From the IMG/VR virus record IMGVR_UViG_3300028392_000029, positions 62,001 through 126,000 of that record: a stretch of DNA of 64,000 nt, one strand, 5' to 3'. The notes under the pieces were generated by a model that searched no databases, had not been told where the DNA came from, and saw only the letters and a program-made list of their open reading frames with translations. The translations under genes and the position numbers were made by a program. Positions 1 through 12,900 of the stretch are shown one piece after another. Positions within the stretch are counted from its first letter, which is position 1, and every line of letters begins with the position of its first letter.

Positions 1-219
1 ATGCAATGGAGTTGGAACATCAGCACCATCTTCTGCTTCGGTAAGCCACGGGCCCACATATTTGTTTGTTTCGTTATCTATGAATACCCAAATTTTGTTT
101 GGGCCCGTATACGTATGGGTTGCTGTTTTATTTAAAGTACGTTCTGTACTTAGATAATCGTCTGGCACATCATACGTGAATGTTTTTTCGATAATTGTAT
201 TTTTGCTTAAATCTGCCAT
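1..219 (-). CDS. Tail-fibre assembly chaperone-like protein, paralogue of 1770..2465 (partial, runs off left edge; not in ORF track)
   Basis: Manual translation from ATG at 219: MADLSKNTIIEKTFTYDVPDDYLSTERTLNKTATHTYTGPNKIWVFIDNETNKY..., which aligns with KFTYDIADQYLYQTNTLKKTAEWTYKGPEHLWIFID of 1770..2465. Confidence 0.75.
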   Translation of the reverse strand, partial: MADLSKNTIIEKTFTYDVPDDYLSTERTLNKTATHTYTGPNKIWVFIDNETNKYVGPWLTEAEDGADVPTPLH

Positions 220-223
220 GTTT

Positions 224-982
224 TTATCCGTATGTAATTGAAACTAAGCCGCCGCCACCCATGCCGCCGCACCAACAGTTTCCACCGTGTGCTTGAGCAC
301 TTAGGCCTCCGCCGCCTGGGAATGGCGTACAACCAAACCAGCCGCCGCAACCATTACTTTGCTGGCTTCCGTTAATACAGCCGCCTGGTCCGTAAAACGG
401 TCCAGACTGTGCTGCCGGAGCTGTGTGAGCATGTTGTTGTGGATACTGTGCGCACCATGTACTACCAGTATAACTACTGTTAATTCCGTGAATATTTACA
501 TCTCCGCCATAAGCACAACAGCAGTATGGCGATTCTGTATTACAGGTGTAACAAGAATAGTATAACCAGCAAGTTGCATTGCCGTATGATCCGCCGTTAG
601 CGCAGAAGTTACTTAGTCCATAACCTGTTACATAACTGGTATAGCCGCCGCAACCGATACAGTTAACTGATTGGTAAGTTGTTGATGCCGCGCATACAGT
701 GTATGAGCATCCTGCTAGCGCAGAGCTGTATACTGTCTTAACTGAATAGCTTCCACCGCCGCCTGGCCATGACTGCATACAGCAACATGCTCCGGATCCA
801 CCACCACCACCGCCCCACATTTCAAATGTAACAAAAGTTGACCCAGCTGGCACTACAAAGTTACAGCATTGTCCACCATTTGATCCCGAGTTAACGCTAG
901 TGTTGTATACTAGAATTTCTGTAGGGTAATTTGTTCCGCCGGGATAATTCAGCGTGTACATTAATGATCTTAAATCTGACAT
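224..982 (-). CDS. Cys/Gly-rich virion (fibre-tip-like) protein, paralogue C
   Basis: 252 aa, 22 Cys counted; FVVPAG..TFEMWGGGGGGSGACCC...PGGGG...GGGGLVSITYG resembles the glycine-rich domain of phage tail-fibre tips. Confidence 0.7.
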   Translation of the reverse strand: MSDLRSLMYTLNYPGGTNYPTEILVYNTSVNSGSNGGQCCNFVVPAGSTFVTFEMWGGGGGGSGACCCMQSWPGGGGSYSVKTVYSSALAGCSYTVCAASTTYQSVNCIGCGGYTSYVTGYGLSNFCANGGSYGNATCWLYYSCYTCNTESPYCCCAYGGDVNIHGINSSYTGSTWCAQYPQQHAHTAPAAQSGPFYGPGGCINGSQQSNGCGGWFGCTPFPGGGGLSAQAHGGNCWCGGMGGGGLVSITYG

Positions 983-995
983 AGTTATTTGCGCC

Positions 996-1751
996 TTATT
1001 TGTAAGTTACTTGAACTAGGCCGCCGGATCCCCAACCACCCCAGCAACAACCGCCATAACTAATAGCTGTGCCGCCGCCTCCGCCGGGCCAAGCGTTAAA
1101 GTTACCGCTCATTGCGCAACCCATCCATGACTCGCCACATGTTGTAAATGATGTACGTGTACCAGCACCAATATAAGTAGGTGATCCCATCATGTGCCAA
1201 GTGTCGTATCCACACCATCCTTCGTGGGCGGCACCAGTAACTCCGCAAATTGCTAGGTCATATCCACATGCACATCCGCAAACGTTGGTAGCACAGTGAT
1301 AGTTACCGCCAATGGCGGCCCAGCAACAGCTCTGGCCGCCGTAGCCGCCGCTTGCGCATAGATTTAATGCATAGGTAACTGTACCAGCACCTTGTGCAAA
1401 ACTTGGGAATCCGTTAGTACCCTTGGCATCTTGAGCACAGCATCCCGAGCCGGCTGCACAAATCACATAACATTGCCCTGCAACAACTCGAATAGTTTTT
1501 CGAGCATAAGTTCCCGAGCCTCCGCCTTGACTTGGTTGTTGGCAACAACAGGCTCCGCCGCCGTCACCACCTGCGCCCCAGAGTTCAAATTTAGCCCAAA
1601 CTACGTTGGCTGGAACTACCCACAAACAACATCTACCGCCGTCTTGTACCGCGTTACCAGTGTTGCCGTTATAAACATATAACTGACCAAAGGTTTGCGG
1701 AATATTAAATGTATATCTGCTGTCTGGGAAAAACTGTGTTAAGGAACTCAT
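996..1751 (-). CDS. Cys/Gly-rich virion (fibre-tip-like) protein, paralogue B
   Basis: 251 aa, 22 Cys counted; same WVVPA..FELWGAGGDGGGACCC...WGGWGSGGLVQVTY scaffold. Confidence 0.7.
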   Translation of the reverse strand: MSSLTQFFPDSRYTFNIPQTFGQLYVYNGNTGNAVQDGGRCCLWVVPANVVWAKFELWGAGGDGGGACCCQQPSQGGGSGTYARKTIRVVAGQCYVICAAGSGCCAQDAKGTNGFPSFAQGAGTVTYALNLCASGGYGGQSCCWAAIGGNYHCATNVCGCACGYDLAICGVTGAAHEGWCGYDTWHMMGSPTYIGAGTRTSFTTCGESWMGCAMSGNFNAWPGGGGGTAISYGGCCWGGWGSGGLVQVTYK

Positions 1752-1769
1752 ATTATAATATTCTCCGGA

Positions 1770-2465
1770 TTATAGTTGAGGACCAAGGTCGCCCGGGTTA
1801 GTTGGCATTACCACATCGGTTGGATTTGCTGGAAATGGAACTTTCCATGGATCAATCCCTGCGAATGTCTTTGGAAGGTCGCGTAATTTTTGACGATACT
1901 CTGATAACTTTTGTTTGATAACTGGATCAGTAGCCTGATGGAATGACTGGTCAGTACCTTTGAGAATCGAATCACGAGCTTTAGTCAATGTTTCCCAGTC
2001 CATGTGTGCTTCCTTCCACGGATAAGGCTTTTTAAACTCTTGCTTGTCAGCATCCCATTCAATTCCAGTTAGTTCATAAGTGTGACATGGCGGAATAGGG
2101 TCTGGGTGACCATAAGTATATCCTTCTGGAAGTTGCTCTACAGTGTGTGGCAAATCAGCATAGACATATTCAATGTGGATTAAGCTGGCAATGCAAGGAT
2201 ATTTTTTAGCATCTAATTCTACTTTAATCATATCATCTGGACATGGAACTAAATGACCATCATCAGCTAGAGTATAGTGATAGCGACTAGAAATTTTCAT
2301 TGTAGCTTTATCAATAAAGATCCATAAGTGCTCTGGACCTTTATAAGTCCATTCAGCTGTTTTCTTTAATGTGTTTGTTTGATAGAGATATTGGTCAGCG
2401 ATGTCATAGGTAAATTTTACCTCAACTCGGGGATTCTCAAAATTCTCTTTTTCTTGTTGGTCCAT
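1770..2465 (-). CDS. Phage tail (fibre) assembly chaperone-domain protein
   Basis: C-terminal WETLTKARDSILKGTD...LSEYRQKLRDLPKTF...WKVPFP matches the W..LR..RD.LL..TD...YRQ.LRDLP motif of phage tail assembly chaperones. Confidence 0.75.
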   Translation of the reverse strand: MDQQEKENFENPRVEVKFTYDIADQYLYQTNTLKKTAEWTYKGPEHLWIFIDKATMKISSRYHYTLADDGHLVPCPDDMIKVELDAKKYPCIASLIHIEYVYADLPHTVEQLPEGYTYGHPDPIPPCHTYELTGIEWDADKQEFKKPYPWKEAHMDWETLTKARDSILKGTDQSFHQATDPVIKQKLSEYRQKLRDLPKTFAGIDPWKVPFPANPTDVVMPTNPGDLGPQL

Positions 2466-2477
2466 TTTATATCCTTT

Positions 2478-3233
2478 TTATCCGTATGTTACCATAGCTA
2501 GGCCGCCTGCACCCCAACCACCCCAACAGCATCCGCCGCCGCAAGCTGTTGCGCTGTTACCTGCGCCGCCTGGCCATTTTGCACCGCACATCATTGAGCG
2601 GCCTTGAATTGTTAAACTGGTCAAGCAATAATCCATACCTTGACGATTGTAATTGCCGTATTTTGAAACACCATGTGACCATTCCCACTGGTTACTCCAG
2701 CAGTAATTACTTACCTTATTTGGGCTTGATACTGATGGCATTGTGAGATCGTAGTTAAGTGAGTAGCAACCATATGAGCAACTAGGTATACAAATACCAG
2801 TACATCCCATATATGTTCTGAAACACAACACGCATCCCATGTATCCACCGCATGAGTATGCTACGTTAGTGTAGTTTTGGCAAAGCGCAAAACTTGACAA
2901 TCCACATGTGCCGCAACATTGTTGGGCGCAACAACCTGATCCACCGCCGCATAGGATGAAATAACATCCGGCAGTTACAGGAAGATATTTTTTAGAGTAA
3001 TTGCCGCCTCCAGGACCCCAGTAAGGACCCATACAGCAACATGCGCCAGCTCCGTCGCCACCGCCACTCCATGTTTCAAATACTGCCCAGGTAGTACCTA
3101 CTGGCACTATCCAACAACAACACGCACCGCCATTAGATACAGAGTCAATGTTAGTGTTGTACACACTAACAACCTGCTGTTTATAGTTAGTACTGGGTGA
3201 TGTTGTAGGAAGCAAGTCTCTTAAATTTGACAT
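2478..3233 (-). CDS. Cys/Gly-rich virion (fibre-tip-like) protein, paralogue A
   Basis: 251 aa, 27 Cys counted; same scaffold with CCC/CC clusters, ends WGGWGAGGLAMVTYG. Confidence 0.7.
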   Translation of the reverse strand: MSNLRDLLPTTSPSTNYKQQVVSVYNTNIDSVSNGGACCCWIVPVGTTWAVFETWSGGGDGAGACCCMGPYWGPGGGNYSKKYLPVTAGCYFILCGGGSGCCAQQCCGTCGLSSFALCQNYTNVAYSCGGYMGCVLCFRTYMGCTGICIPSCSYGCYSLNYDLTMPSVSSPNKVSNYCWSNQWEWSHGVSKYGNYNRQGMDYCLTSLTIQGRSMMCGAKWPGGAGNSATACGGGCCWGGWGAGGLAMVTYG

Positions 3234-3245
3234 ATTGCTTTCTCT

Positions 3246-3569
3246 TTATTTAATAATAATCCAGCCAGCCGCAGTACTATAAAGCAAAGTTACTGTAACA
3301 TAAGCCACGTTAATAGTTAAGTCCTGTGCCAAGCCTTGGATGTTTGCTCCATTTCTTGCAACTGTGCAGTTTGAGCTTGCAAAGTTACCGTTAACATCGA
3401 TGATTTGCACACTATCGCCGTCTAGGCAAGTAGTGTAGGAAGGCAATGTAATTGTTTGCCCGCCTGATGTACAAAGAATCCTGTCGTTAACCAATGATTG
3501 GTAAGTTGTACCAGCATTAATCCTAGTTACGGTTCCTGCAGTTCCGACTGTTGTAATATATCGTCCCAT
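3246..3569 (-). CDS. Small tail-fibre/baseplate connector-type beta-sandwich protein
   Basis: TITLP...GDSVQIIDVNGNFASSNCTVARNGANIQG..DLTIN...LLY...GW, a pattern typical of T4-like fibre connector domains; own TAAATA box upstream. Confidence 0.6.
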   Translation of the reverse strand: MGRYITTVGTAGTVTRINAGTTYQSLVNDRILCTSGGQTITLPSYTTCLDGDSVQIIDVNGNFASSNCTVARNGANIQGLAQDLTINVAYVTVTLLYSTAAGWIIIK

Positions 3570-3593
3570 ATGAATATTCCTTTATCAGTGTAT

Positions 3594-3914
3594 TTATGCC
3601 GTTGAAGTCTCAATTCCAAACGCCATTGCACCAACGTTTGCAGTTGTTGACCAGCAAAGTATGTTAATGCCTGCGTTTAGTACTAGACCAGTTAATTGTA
3701 GAACACCGCGTGGTAAAATTTCACACTGATATTCAATGTACTCTCCGGCAACTGGCGTAGTAGAAGTGGATATTGCCACAGACGTTGCTATTGCCGAATT
3801 GCTCCTGTTAACAATGTTTAAAGTAGCTACTGTAAACGTAGTTGTTGGAACTGTATATACTACGGTCCAGGTTGTCGCTGATAAGTCAGCGTATCCTAAT
3901 CTTCCTGTTGCCAT
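3594..3914 (-). CDS. Small virion adaptor-like protein (family of 22391..22720 and 26540..26848)
   Basis: 106 aa; VYTVP...TLNIVN...YIEYQCEILPRGVLQLTGLVLNAG aligns by eye with the two paralogues. Confidence 0.6.
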   Translation of the reverse strand: MATGRLGYADLSATTWTVVYTVPTTTFTVATLNIVNRSNSAIATSVAISTSTTPVAGEYIEYQCEILPRGVLQLTGLVLNAGINILCWSTTANVGAMAFGIETSTA

Positions 3915-3928
3915 GTTTTATTTCTCCG

Positions 3929-6900
3929 TTAATTTAATAATAAAAAGTTCATTGCTAGCGGTATTCCATTAATACCTGCTCCTGCTCCGGTGAAGTTCAT
4001 AGTAGCAGGCACTAAAATTTGGACTTGCGTTGTAGTCGAAATTGTATTTCCTGCAATATAAATCACACCTGCCGTTAGTGTATTTACGTTCAAAGCACTA
4101 GAACCGCCACCAATTTGGCTACTAATGTATGATTTAATAGCTTTTTGCGTTGGTACAACGTTGTCACTATTGGCTGTAAAATACGGGTCTGTTGAGAACT
4201 GCGTAATAGTTGCATTACTAGAACCCAACGATATAGAACCCAGTGTTAATGAGTTCAATCCAGCTAAGTTAAACGCATCGGCGTTAATACTTGCTACACC
4301 AGTTGCCTGTTGAACGCTGAATAATGTACCAACTTGGAAGTTACCGTCCTGGTCTGTACTTGTATAGAACACACGACCGCCACCGTTCCCTACTGTTTGT
4401 AGAGTTGGGTTGGCTGCTTGTAAAGGTGTACCCGGGTAATTAGTTGTGGTTTGATTACCAGTACCGATACTTAAGAAGTCGTGTCCTGTTAAACGTACCT
4501 GACTATATTTCAATTTTAGTGTCATTGCTGAGCCATGCACTGGTGCATTAGCTGATGTAAATGATGGACTAATTTGGAATACCGCAGTATAAGGTGCAAG
4601 GCCAGGGCCTGTTCCTAACAAGTTAGATACCTGTACTAGTTTATAGTATGATCCGTTACCTGCAATTTGAATATTTGCGCCGGCTGTTGGAGTAACATAC
4701 AATCCAGATATGTTAATATAGGATGTAGTTTGATATGAATCAGCGTATCCGTTACCCGAAACAGTAGCAGTACCAGTTGCGTACTGCAATCCTCTATTAG
4801 TCCACATTGGGTTTGCAATAGCACCTACACCTACTCGGGTACTTTGCGTTGCTGGACTAGTTTGATTAGGATCAGTAATTGTAAGCAACGGGGCACTTGA
4901 ATACCCGCTACCTGGCTCAATCAGTCGGTATTCGCTAATTGCTCCTGCACTTACTTTACAACGTAGTGTTGCTGTTGCTCCTGTGACAATCTTATTAAAG
5001 ATTGTAGTATTCAACGAGCATGCAACCCACAACGGAACTGAACTAGGGTTACCAAATGCAATAGCAGGCCATGATGCAACTGATGTTAAGTTTTGTACAA
5101 CCCAATTAATGCCGTCATTTGATGCAGACACTTGAGTGGCAGCACCTGCCGTTGAAGTCCAGCCACCTGCACCACTGACTAGTGTGAATGAAGAGCCAGT
5201 GGATGTTTGTGAAACCTGTAACTGATTTGTACCAGAGAATACCTGTTGAACATAATAGGTACTTGTGGATACCAAATTACCGAAGAATGTACCGCATGCA
5301 GTGGACCAAGAATCACCAGTACTTGTAGTTATTGGTACAGGAGCTGTTCCAAAAGTTGAGCCAACTGTAACATAATTAGAGCCAACTGTTAAAATGTAAT
5401 AAGGTACGCCAGTAATCAGTCCAGAACTAACAACGTTAATATTCATAGTACCAGTACCGCCGGCCCATGATGTGAAAGCAGTTCCAGTTCCGGCACCGCC
5501 TGAGTAGGTAGCTACTGTTACACTATTAGTACTTGCACTATTTACATAGTATAGTGTGTTGGCTGTTGGGCCGCCAAATACAGTACCACTACCGTTGGTA
5601 AAATAAATCATAGAACCGACACTAATACCCAAAGCTGACACAGTCTGTGTAGTAGTGATTACACCGTTATTTACACCAACTGCGGTTACCTGCCCAGTGG
5701 TTGCCACAGGACCGCCTAAACTTACACCTGCGCCTGCCGCCCAAGCACCTGCCCCGAGTGCCCATGTTACTGCTGAACCGCCATAGCTAGTAGCTACTGT
5801 GATCACACCAGTGCCTGTGTTATTAGTCAACACATAATAAGTTTGTGTTCCGGATACTATGCCGCCTAATACTCCACCTGCAACTGAAGTCCATGCTCCT
5901 GCTGCCGCTGTGGTTAAGTTTAGAGTCGAGCCGCCTACAGTAGCAGAAATTTGTATAGTACTAGAACCGCTGTTAACTTGGGTAATATAGTAGGTAGTTC
6001 CAGCTGTGACTGAACTGAATGTTTGTCCAGTTGTTACGTTCCAGCTACCCACACCGTTGATTAAACTTACTGGATTTGAACCGTAGTTAGCACCTAATGT
6101 GAGTGTACTTGAAGTTGGAATTGTCAAGATATAATATGTGCTACCGCTAACTAATCCGCCTAAGGCAGCGCCTGCTGTGATTGCCACAGTTCCGCTTGCG
6201 TTAATTAACACAAACGGAGCTCCGCCCGGTGTAGCACTGATTGTAATAAATGTACTGTTAATTGTTAAAATGTAGTAGGTTGCACTGTTAGCCAAGTTAC
6301 CAAATGCACCTGATGATCCTGTAGCAAATGATTGCCCAACTACCATGTTACTGTTACTAGCAACTGTTACAATATAACTTGTACCAGTGATAGTAGTTGT
6401 GCTGACGTTGGTTGTTTGTGAAGAACTCACAGCCCACTGACTACCAGCACTAGTTCCGTTACCGCTAATGTTAGCAACAACGTATGTTCCAGCAGTTACA
6501 CCAGAACCACTCAGTGCCATACCGATTACAACAATACCACTTGATACTGTACCAACTGTTAGAATGCCACTAGTGATACTACTATTAGCCATCACGGCAC
6601 TTGTTGTTGTTGTTTGAGTGGCTGTTGTACTTGCTGTAACCGCGGTAGAAGTATAAGTTTCACCAACAACCATGCCAGTCGTAGAACCAACTGTTACAGA
6701 ACTTAGTGTGCCAGTAATTGTGGTGCTGGTCTGGGTAGTAGTTGTGTTGGTTTGCCAAGTAGATCCACTACCACTACCTAATAAGTTACCGGTAATGTAG
6801 ACACTTGCGCCAATACTTCCGCCAGTTAGTACCATACCAATTGATAAGCTGCCAGCTGTTAGTGTGCCTACAGTTAAAATACCAGTTGCACCAATAGTGC

Positions 6901-9900
6901 TACCAGTCATAGTTGCTGTTGCAGATGTTGTTGCTGTTGCTGTTGTAGTTTGAGTAACTGCTGTAAACACAATAGATTGGTTTACAACTAAATTGCTTGT
7001 GCTACTAACTGTTAACAAGTTTGTACCCGTAGCGGCTGCAAGTAATACAGGATTAAATGTAGCGGCTGTGAACACAACAGGTTCGCCCACATCAAATGTT
7101 GATGAGTTAGCAAGCGTAATGCTTGTGCCTGCCGCAGTAGAAACCACAGTACTTGCTGTTTGTGTCGATGTAGTAACAAAACTTTCTCCAGGTACTAAGC
7201 CAGCAACACTAGATAGTGTTATTGAATTTAGTGTACCAGTTGCCGCAAATGATGCAACTGTTCCAGGAGTTGTACTTAGGTTATATGTACCAGCTCCGCC
7301 TGTGCCTGTTCCTAACGAAGTAATGTAAGTGCCAGCTGGTATGCTTGCACTACCTGTTACTACCATACCAACGGCCCATGTACCAGATATTGTGCCGCCA
7401 ACTGTTAACACGCTAGTTGCAATAGTGCTTGCACTACCAGTAGCTGTAGCATTTGTTGTAGCTGTAGCTGTAGGAGTTTGTGTAACTGCTGTTGGAATAA
7501 ATGTTTCGCCAGCAACAACACCAGTAGTAGAACTTACTGTGATTAAATTGTTTACGCCAACAAATGCCTGAGGACTTCCAGTTGTGCCAACGTTGTTAGT
7601 AATGCTTACGTTGTAGGTACCCACACCGCCTGTGCCAGTTCCTAATGATGAAATATAAGTACCGTTTTGTGTTCCGCCGCCGCTAAGGTTCATACCAAGT
7701 GCAATTGTTCCTACTACTGAACCTGTTACTGTTAGAACTGTGCCTGTTGTTCCACTTGTACCTGTTACTGCACTGATATATCCCGAAAATGTTGCAGTAA
7801 TACTTGTAGTTGCTGTAATATTTTGATTTTGCGAAGCAGGAGCTGCCAAGAATAAACCTTGACCATACTTAACTCTACTCCAAGGCAAGTTAACTCCCAT
7901 ACCTGCACCTGAACTCTTCCAAGTAATGCCATCAATACTGTAAGCTGTGGCAGTTGTTGATGCCGCTACAGCTACAAATATGTTTTTACCGTATGTTACA
8001 CTGGTCCAGTTTTGTGAACTTGGTAATGTTCTAGCAGTCCATGTTGTGCCATCTGCACTTGATGCTGCCGCTGTTGAGCCTGCTACACCGCCTGAAATAG
8101 CAACCCAGATTGTACCACCGTATGCTACACCGCTCCAGTTTGCACCGGATGGCAGGGCATTGGTATTAGTCCAGTTTTGTCCAACTGTGCTGTAAGCCGC
8201 ATTAGCACTGCCTGATGCAACTGCCATAAATCTGCCGTTACCGTAGGCAATTGCGCTCCAGTTTGCTGTGGCTGGCATTGCACTACTCGCTTGCCATGTT
8301 AATGGTGTTGTAGCGTAGTTTGAAAGCGTGCCGCCTTTGGCAATAGCAACCCATACTCCGGCACCGTATGCAATAGCAGTCCATGTTGTACTAGATGAAA
8401 GTGTACCGCCTGTAGTCCATGATGTACCATCGCTACTATATTGTGTTGCATTACCATTAGAAGTGATAGCAACATAATAACCACCTGAACCTACACCGGT
8501 ATAGGTAAAGTTAGTAATTGCGCCAGTACCAGTGTTTACATTTGTAATTGTAACTACTAGGTTGTTGGCCGGTGTAACACCTCCTAAACTTGTACCAGGA
8601 ATAGTAATAGTGTTACCGATAGTGTATAATGTTCCGCCGGTTGTAATTGTAATTGCATAAGCAACACCTGTTCGAACAATGCTGAATGTTGCTCCAGAAC
8701 CACTGCTTAATGTTCCAGTTCCTAGTCCAATAGTTCCAGATACAGAGTTGTATGTAACTGTAGTATCACCGTAGGCAACATCAGCCCAACCTGCAGAATT
8801 AAGTACTTGAGTTCCAATTGATGGAACAAATCCCGGAGCACTAGCAACCACTCGTGGTTCAATAATATATGTCGTTGTTAAATCTAAGTTAGTAGCATTG
8901 GTAGTTCCGGGAACTACGTGATCCCATCCTGCGGCATTGATCGTCATAGTACCGCTACCTGATGTTAATACTACAGGTGATGAACTTCCGCTTGCTGACG
9001 CTACTGAGAATGTTGTACCGTTACTTGAAAGACTAGCACCAATAACATAATAAACTGTAGTCAATGGTGTGATGTTGCCGCCTCCAAATGTACTTGCACC
9101 GCTAAAATATATCGGCATGTTGGCATACAAAGTGCTTGTATTAGTTGTTGTAGTAAACACTGAAGTTGTACAACTGTTTACCACTATTGTGGTAAAACTT
9201 TCTTTAGCAACGTTAGCTAGTTTAGTACCTGAGTTATAATTAACAATATAACCAGCTTGTCCGTTACCTGTACCGCCTGTTAGCAATATTCTCATACCAA
9301 TATATGCCGCACTAATGGCACTATCTGTAGCTGCCAAGTTGATCTGATATAACGTACCAGCTTGGGCCACATTTGATTGTGTTACATAGTTTGCACCGCC
9401 AGTTAGTGGTCGTGTTTCAAATACTGCATTATCTCGGAATTCGTTAGCAACAACTGTGGCATTGTATCCAGTACCACCAATAGACCATGTAGCTGTATTA
9501 TAACCTGAACCGGCATTAGAAAATTCCATGCGGTAGATAGCATTTGTACTATCAGTAAACACGTTAGAGACAGTTGCTTGACCTGAACGGTTGTTAATCG
9601 CGGCAGTTACTGCAACTTCATAAGTATCGCCTCCTTCAGCTAGTGTACCGTATGTACCATATGAGCTGTTACCGTTTGTGGCACGCATACGTCCACCTAG
9701 TTCTGCTAGGTATCCAGCATAGCCGTAATAACAGAACACTGAAACTAGCTCAGTTAATGAACTTGAACCAGTACACCATACGCCAATACCGTCGCTTAGA
9801 ATTGTTGTATAGTCGTTAGCAACAATACTTCTGTTACCGCCAGCGTGTAGTGCTCCGTCAATCTTCATACCAACACAACCATAACCAAACATAGTACAGT

Positions 9901-12900
9901 TTTGTGTGTATGGGCTACGTGCGTAGATCCATGCGTTTGCATCGTTTGGACCAAACCCTGGATCTAAAGAACTGTAAGAGCCGGCTGTTGGACGTCTTGT
10001 TCCGTAAGCATTGGCAGCGCCTAGTGTTCCAGTTAAGCCAGTCATTGTCATGTTTCTTAAACCAGTACCGTTACGTAATAAGAACATGTTTTCTTTTACT
10101 GATCCGCCTACAGCGTTGTTATATAACTGTGCAGAACGTTGAGTTTTATAATTACCTGGGAAGTTTAAATCATAAACAATCGCATTTAAGTATGATGTAG
10201 TATCTCTAATGCAAGCTGGTACGCTGTATGCATACTTAACAGTTAAACTACCTAGAGTAGCTGTTGCTACTTGTGTTGGAACTAAACTAAATTGTGTTGA
10301 GGTAACAGCAAATGATGTTGAAGTTAAACCGGCAGCTAACACATAGTATGTATTACCGGCAACAATGTTACTAATTCCTACGGTTCCAGTAAACGTTACA
10401 GGATCGCCTACAACAAAGTTGTGATTACCTGTTGTTGTGATAAGGTATCCGGTACTGTTTGTACCTGATACAGTGCCGCCGTAGCTTGCATTAACATATG
10501 CAACAGATTCGTAAGCTAAGAAATTAATGTTAGCTCTGATAATTTCAGCACCGTTAATTGTAGATAGTGTGTTGTCATATGTTAAAGTGCCGTGTGTTTG
10601 TACAACAGCACCAATAGTCACTGCTACGCTAGTACTTGCCGCAGTTGTCAACGTAACCGCACTAACACTTCCGTACGTTGCTGTAATTGTAATCTGATTA
10701 GTTGTAGTATTAACGCTCAAGACCCAATAAGTTTGATTTTGTTGTGTACCGCCTTGGCTTCCGCTAGTAAACACTACTGGCATATTGACATAAACACCTG
10801 CAGTTGATGCAAGTGTTACTACGTTGCCTGAAGAATTAAATGCAGTTGCGGTAGTAGTTACTTGACCATAAATGGTAGACACAATATCATCAATCATCAC
10901 ACTTGCTTGTGCGGCTGCGCCACTGGCAGCAATTAATTTTGCTTTGTATCCAATAAATCCAATAGCACCAAGTTCTGCTTGTGTTTGATTTAATAATACT
11001 GTTTGAGCACTAGTAATTGCACGATAATATGATTTAGCAACAGTTATACTGTTAAAGTTAGTACCTAATACTAGGTCATATGCTAACGCATCAACAATAT
11101 AGCCAGCATCTCTATAACAAGTTGCAGTATTGAAGTTTAATGCTTGGAAATATTTTTGTACCCAAACAGTTGTATCACTTTGAATTTCTGTTTTCTTGTT
11201 TAGTAACGCATTGAACGCTGTCTGTAAGCTAGAACTGCTTAGTGCTACAGTACCTGCGTCATTTGGTGTAAATGCACCCTGTGTTCCAATTGCACTGCTA
11301 GCCACTGTTTGACTAACACTCACAGTCCATGTTGAACCATTACCAGATCCTGAAAGATTTGCAGTAATATAAGTTCCAGCGGCAACGCCTGCCCCAGTTA
11401 CTAACTGTCCAACAGCAATTGTACCGCTTACTAGGGTTCCAATTGTTAATGTAGTGCTTGATGGTCCAATAGTACTACCGGTTGTAGTTACTACGGTGCT
11501 AGTTGCGGCAGCATTAGTAACCCAATCAACAACGTTTTGAACTCTAGACTGTGCAAAAACTCCTGCAATAGAAGAACCAGCAGTTCCAGTTGTTACTTGT
11601 GTTGGGTATGCACCTGCAATTGCAATTGGCGATCCAACTGATCCAACTGTTTGACTAATGCTAACTGTCCAGTTAGAATTAATTGAGTTGTAGGCTGTAA
11701 CAATAGTATTTGAAGCAATACCAGCACCAGTAATTATTTGTCCAACTTGGATAGTACCAGATACTGTTGAACTTACATTCAATGCTGTTCCAACGATATA
11801 ACCAGTAATACTGGCATTAGTTGCTGTTTGAGATGTTACTAAAGTGCCAGTAGCAATTTGTCCAATGATAGTTTTTAACTGTCCGTAGGCTGCAATTGTG
11901 GCGGTTTTTTCTGTTGCGGCTTCTGTTAGTACACCGTATGAGTAATAAGCACTACCAGCAATATTAGTCTGTGTATTACCACCGTATGTCATATCGTGTA
12001 ATAATGCATCTAAAACATAACCTACGTCACGTTGGCAAATAGATACGTCTATTGCATTGTATACTGATAGGTAATTGTTGTAAATGTATTGACTAATTTG
12101 TGCTTTAATATAATTGTAATTTTGTACAATTTGTGCTTTAGCATCACCGTAACCAACTAAGAAACTTGTATTGTAACCTGTCGGGTTAGTGAATGAGTAT
12201 GCTGGTGCTAAAGCTAATCCATTACTAAAAATGTTAGACATCAGCGTTGTACTATTAATCACACTGTTTGCTGCCGCTGTACTTCCTGCATCACCTGCTG
12301 GAAGACTAGTAACTTGACTTGCAGTATTTCCACTAGTAGGTGTGATTGATGTATTTGAAACTAAATTACTTAACAATGCTTTAGTGCGTAATAGGGCTGT
12401 AACTGATTTTGGTTTATCATTTACTAAGGCAGCAACTGCACCGGCTGGCTGTATCACTGTGCCGCGAAGTTCGTCACCGCTAATAGCGGTATTAGCTGGA
12501 ACAACGATTGGAAGGATTTCGCTGTAGTTGCCGGTCTTGGCCATGATGGTTGTTTGTGGTAACTGCGCGGCTGATACTGTTACTCCTGGGAATAATGTAA
12601 ATGTTAATCCGGTAGTTGTTCCACCTACACCAACCGCAGTCACAGTACCCGCAACTGTTGGGCTAGAAGTAGCATTGGCGTAACTATTTGTTACTTGAAT
12701 TGTTGATACTGCTGTTCCACCTACCATAACATAGTAGATTGTATTGCTAGTAATAGTTCCAGTACCGGTATTTGTACCAGTAACTAAAATAGATGAACCA
12801 ACGGTATATGTTCCGCTTGGAACTGTTAGTTGTCCTGCGGTACCTGCGATAAGAACTCCACTTAACACTTTTCCTGAATTAGCTTGTAACGCTGTTGTAA

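Noticed and set aside
224-3233. Diversity-generating retroelement acting on the Cys-rich paralogues
   Set aside because: No reverse transcriptase and no near-identical template/variable repeat pair differing at adenines; the paralogues are broadly diverged
10380-10460. H.F.VGD.V.F modules in the giant fibre that automated tools may label 'ubiquitin-activating enzyme E1 FCCH-like'
   Set aside because: These are generic beta-barrel fibre modules; no E1, E2, E3 or JAB catalytic motifs are seen in the window, so there is no ubiquitination pathway here
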